This document shows, in pieces, positions 7,451 through 8,128 of a DNA stretch of 8,128 nt (position 1 is the first letter of the stretch; every line of letters starts with the position of its first letter). The notes beneath the pieces were generated by a model. That model saw nothing but the letters and a program-made list of their open reading frames with translations, had not been told where the DNA came from and made no database searches. Location: NCBI GenBank assembly GCA_013416795.1, contig RQSC01000028.1, forward strand, positions 986,269 to 994,396, read 5' to 3'. The translations under genes and the position numbers were made by a program. The stretch is from Prasinococcaceae sp. CCMP 1430 (Eukaryota; Plantae; Prasinodermophyta).

Positions 7451-8089
7451 CTACGCGCTCGCGCTCTCGAGCGCCGCGAGCTCGTCTGCCGTCGCCGTGA
7501 TGGGCGCGAGGTCCTCTGCGGGGAAGTCGCTGTGGTGGGGCAGCTTGAAGTCATTGCCCCGTCCGCGGCGATGATCGAGCGCAGGATGAGCGACTTGTAA
7601 CGCCATGCCCGCTCGAGGGTTTGACTGTCGTACCGCTGCCACTCGGCGGCCACCGCTGCCACAAGCCGCGCCTTGTTCGCCGTTGGCAGCCGCGAGACGC
7701 GGCATGCGAGCGACCTGTTGAAGCACAGGTCGAGGACGTTGGTGTCCGGTGAGTTGGGCGGCTGGCGCGTGATGTCGATGCTCATGCGCCGCCCAACGCC
7801 CGCCGCGCGAAGCGCGTCCTCCGCGCCCTTGCCCGTGTGCGCTGACGCGCCGTCGTTCTTCTTGGCGGCATAGTAGAGCGTCCGCACGTACTTGGCCGTG
7901 TACCCCTTGCTCGGGTGGTTGTACTCGGCCGTGCGGCGCGCCGCCCGGGCGAAAATGTCCGCCCACGATGCCTCCGGGTCGGCGTTGCGCTCCTGCTCGA
8001 CGACGAGCAGCGCGTTGAAGCGCTTCGCCTGCTGCGGGGGCGGGCCCGCCGGCGCCGCCGCCGCGATTGCGGCCGCGCTGGCGCTTCAT
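7451..8089 (-). pseudogene. Degenerate mariner-like transposase of the DD39D (plant mariner/Osmar/Soymar1-type) group; D2-D3 spacing here is 40
   Basis: The - strand frame contains DGASAH (D codon 7854-7852), IDITRQPPNSPDTNVLDLCF (D codon 7731-7729) and WQRYDSQTLERAW...IIAADG. After a 1-nt shift at the C4 run 7557-7560 it continues GNDFKLPH...*(7453-7451). These match the QDNAxxH / QPPNSPDxNVLD / GGNxYKxPH motifs of DD39D transposases. The first catalytic D region is absent and there is no in-frame ATG (TGA at 8088-8086 in this frame). The 5' boundary is uncertain. Confidence 0.88.
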
Positions 8090-8128
8090 ACCCTTGAAAT
8101 CTCTCATTCTTTGCCGATCTGCCTGCGG

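Noticed and set aside
8032-8091. 60-nt intron (GTATGA...CCGCAG) repairing the transposase 5' frame
   Set aside because: Its length is a multiple of 3 (also 63 nt with the next CAG), so it does not move ATG 8107 into the transposase frame.

Overview
Very GC-rich eukaryotic genomic DNA with spliceosomal introns (GTGCGN donors, CTGAY branch points) and many (CG)n runs. A GC-rich microalga such as a haptophyte is a guess only. The left half holds the 3' part of an uncharacterised + strand gene (to 590), a complete 4-exon NudC gene (1250-2960) and a convergent 2-exon coiled-coil gene on the - strand (4301-3077). The right half is a transposon cluster. Two non-autonomous Tc1/mariner elements (4880-5752 and 5777-7120) with TA target duplications and perfect 28-bp Stowaway-like TIRs sit tail-to-tail 24 nt apart, making a ~183-bp-arm palindrome. 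Next to them is a frameshifted, apparently internally deleted DD39D-type (here D40D) mariner transposase relic (8089-7451). A 656-nt assembly gap lies at 6104-6759. The most unusual signal is a 21-bp palindrome-containing, GTAC-rich module (TACCATCTGATGGTACAGTAC) found in the same orientation upstream of both complete genes. One copy lies beside the transposon insertion sites and the other carries a 4-nt insertion shaped like an excision footprint of this transposon family.
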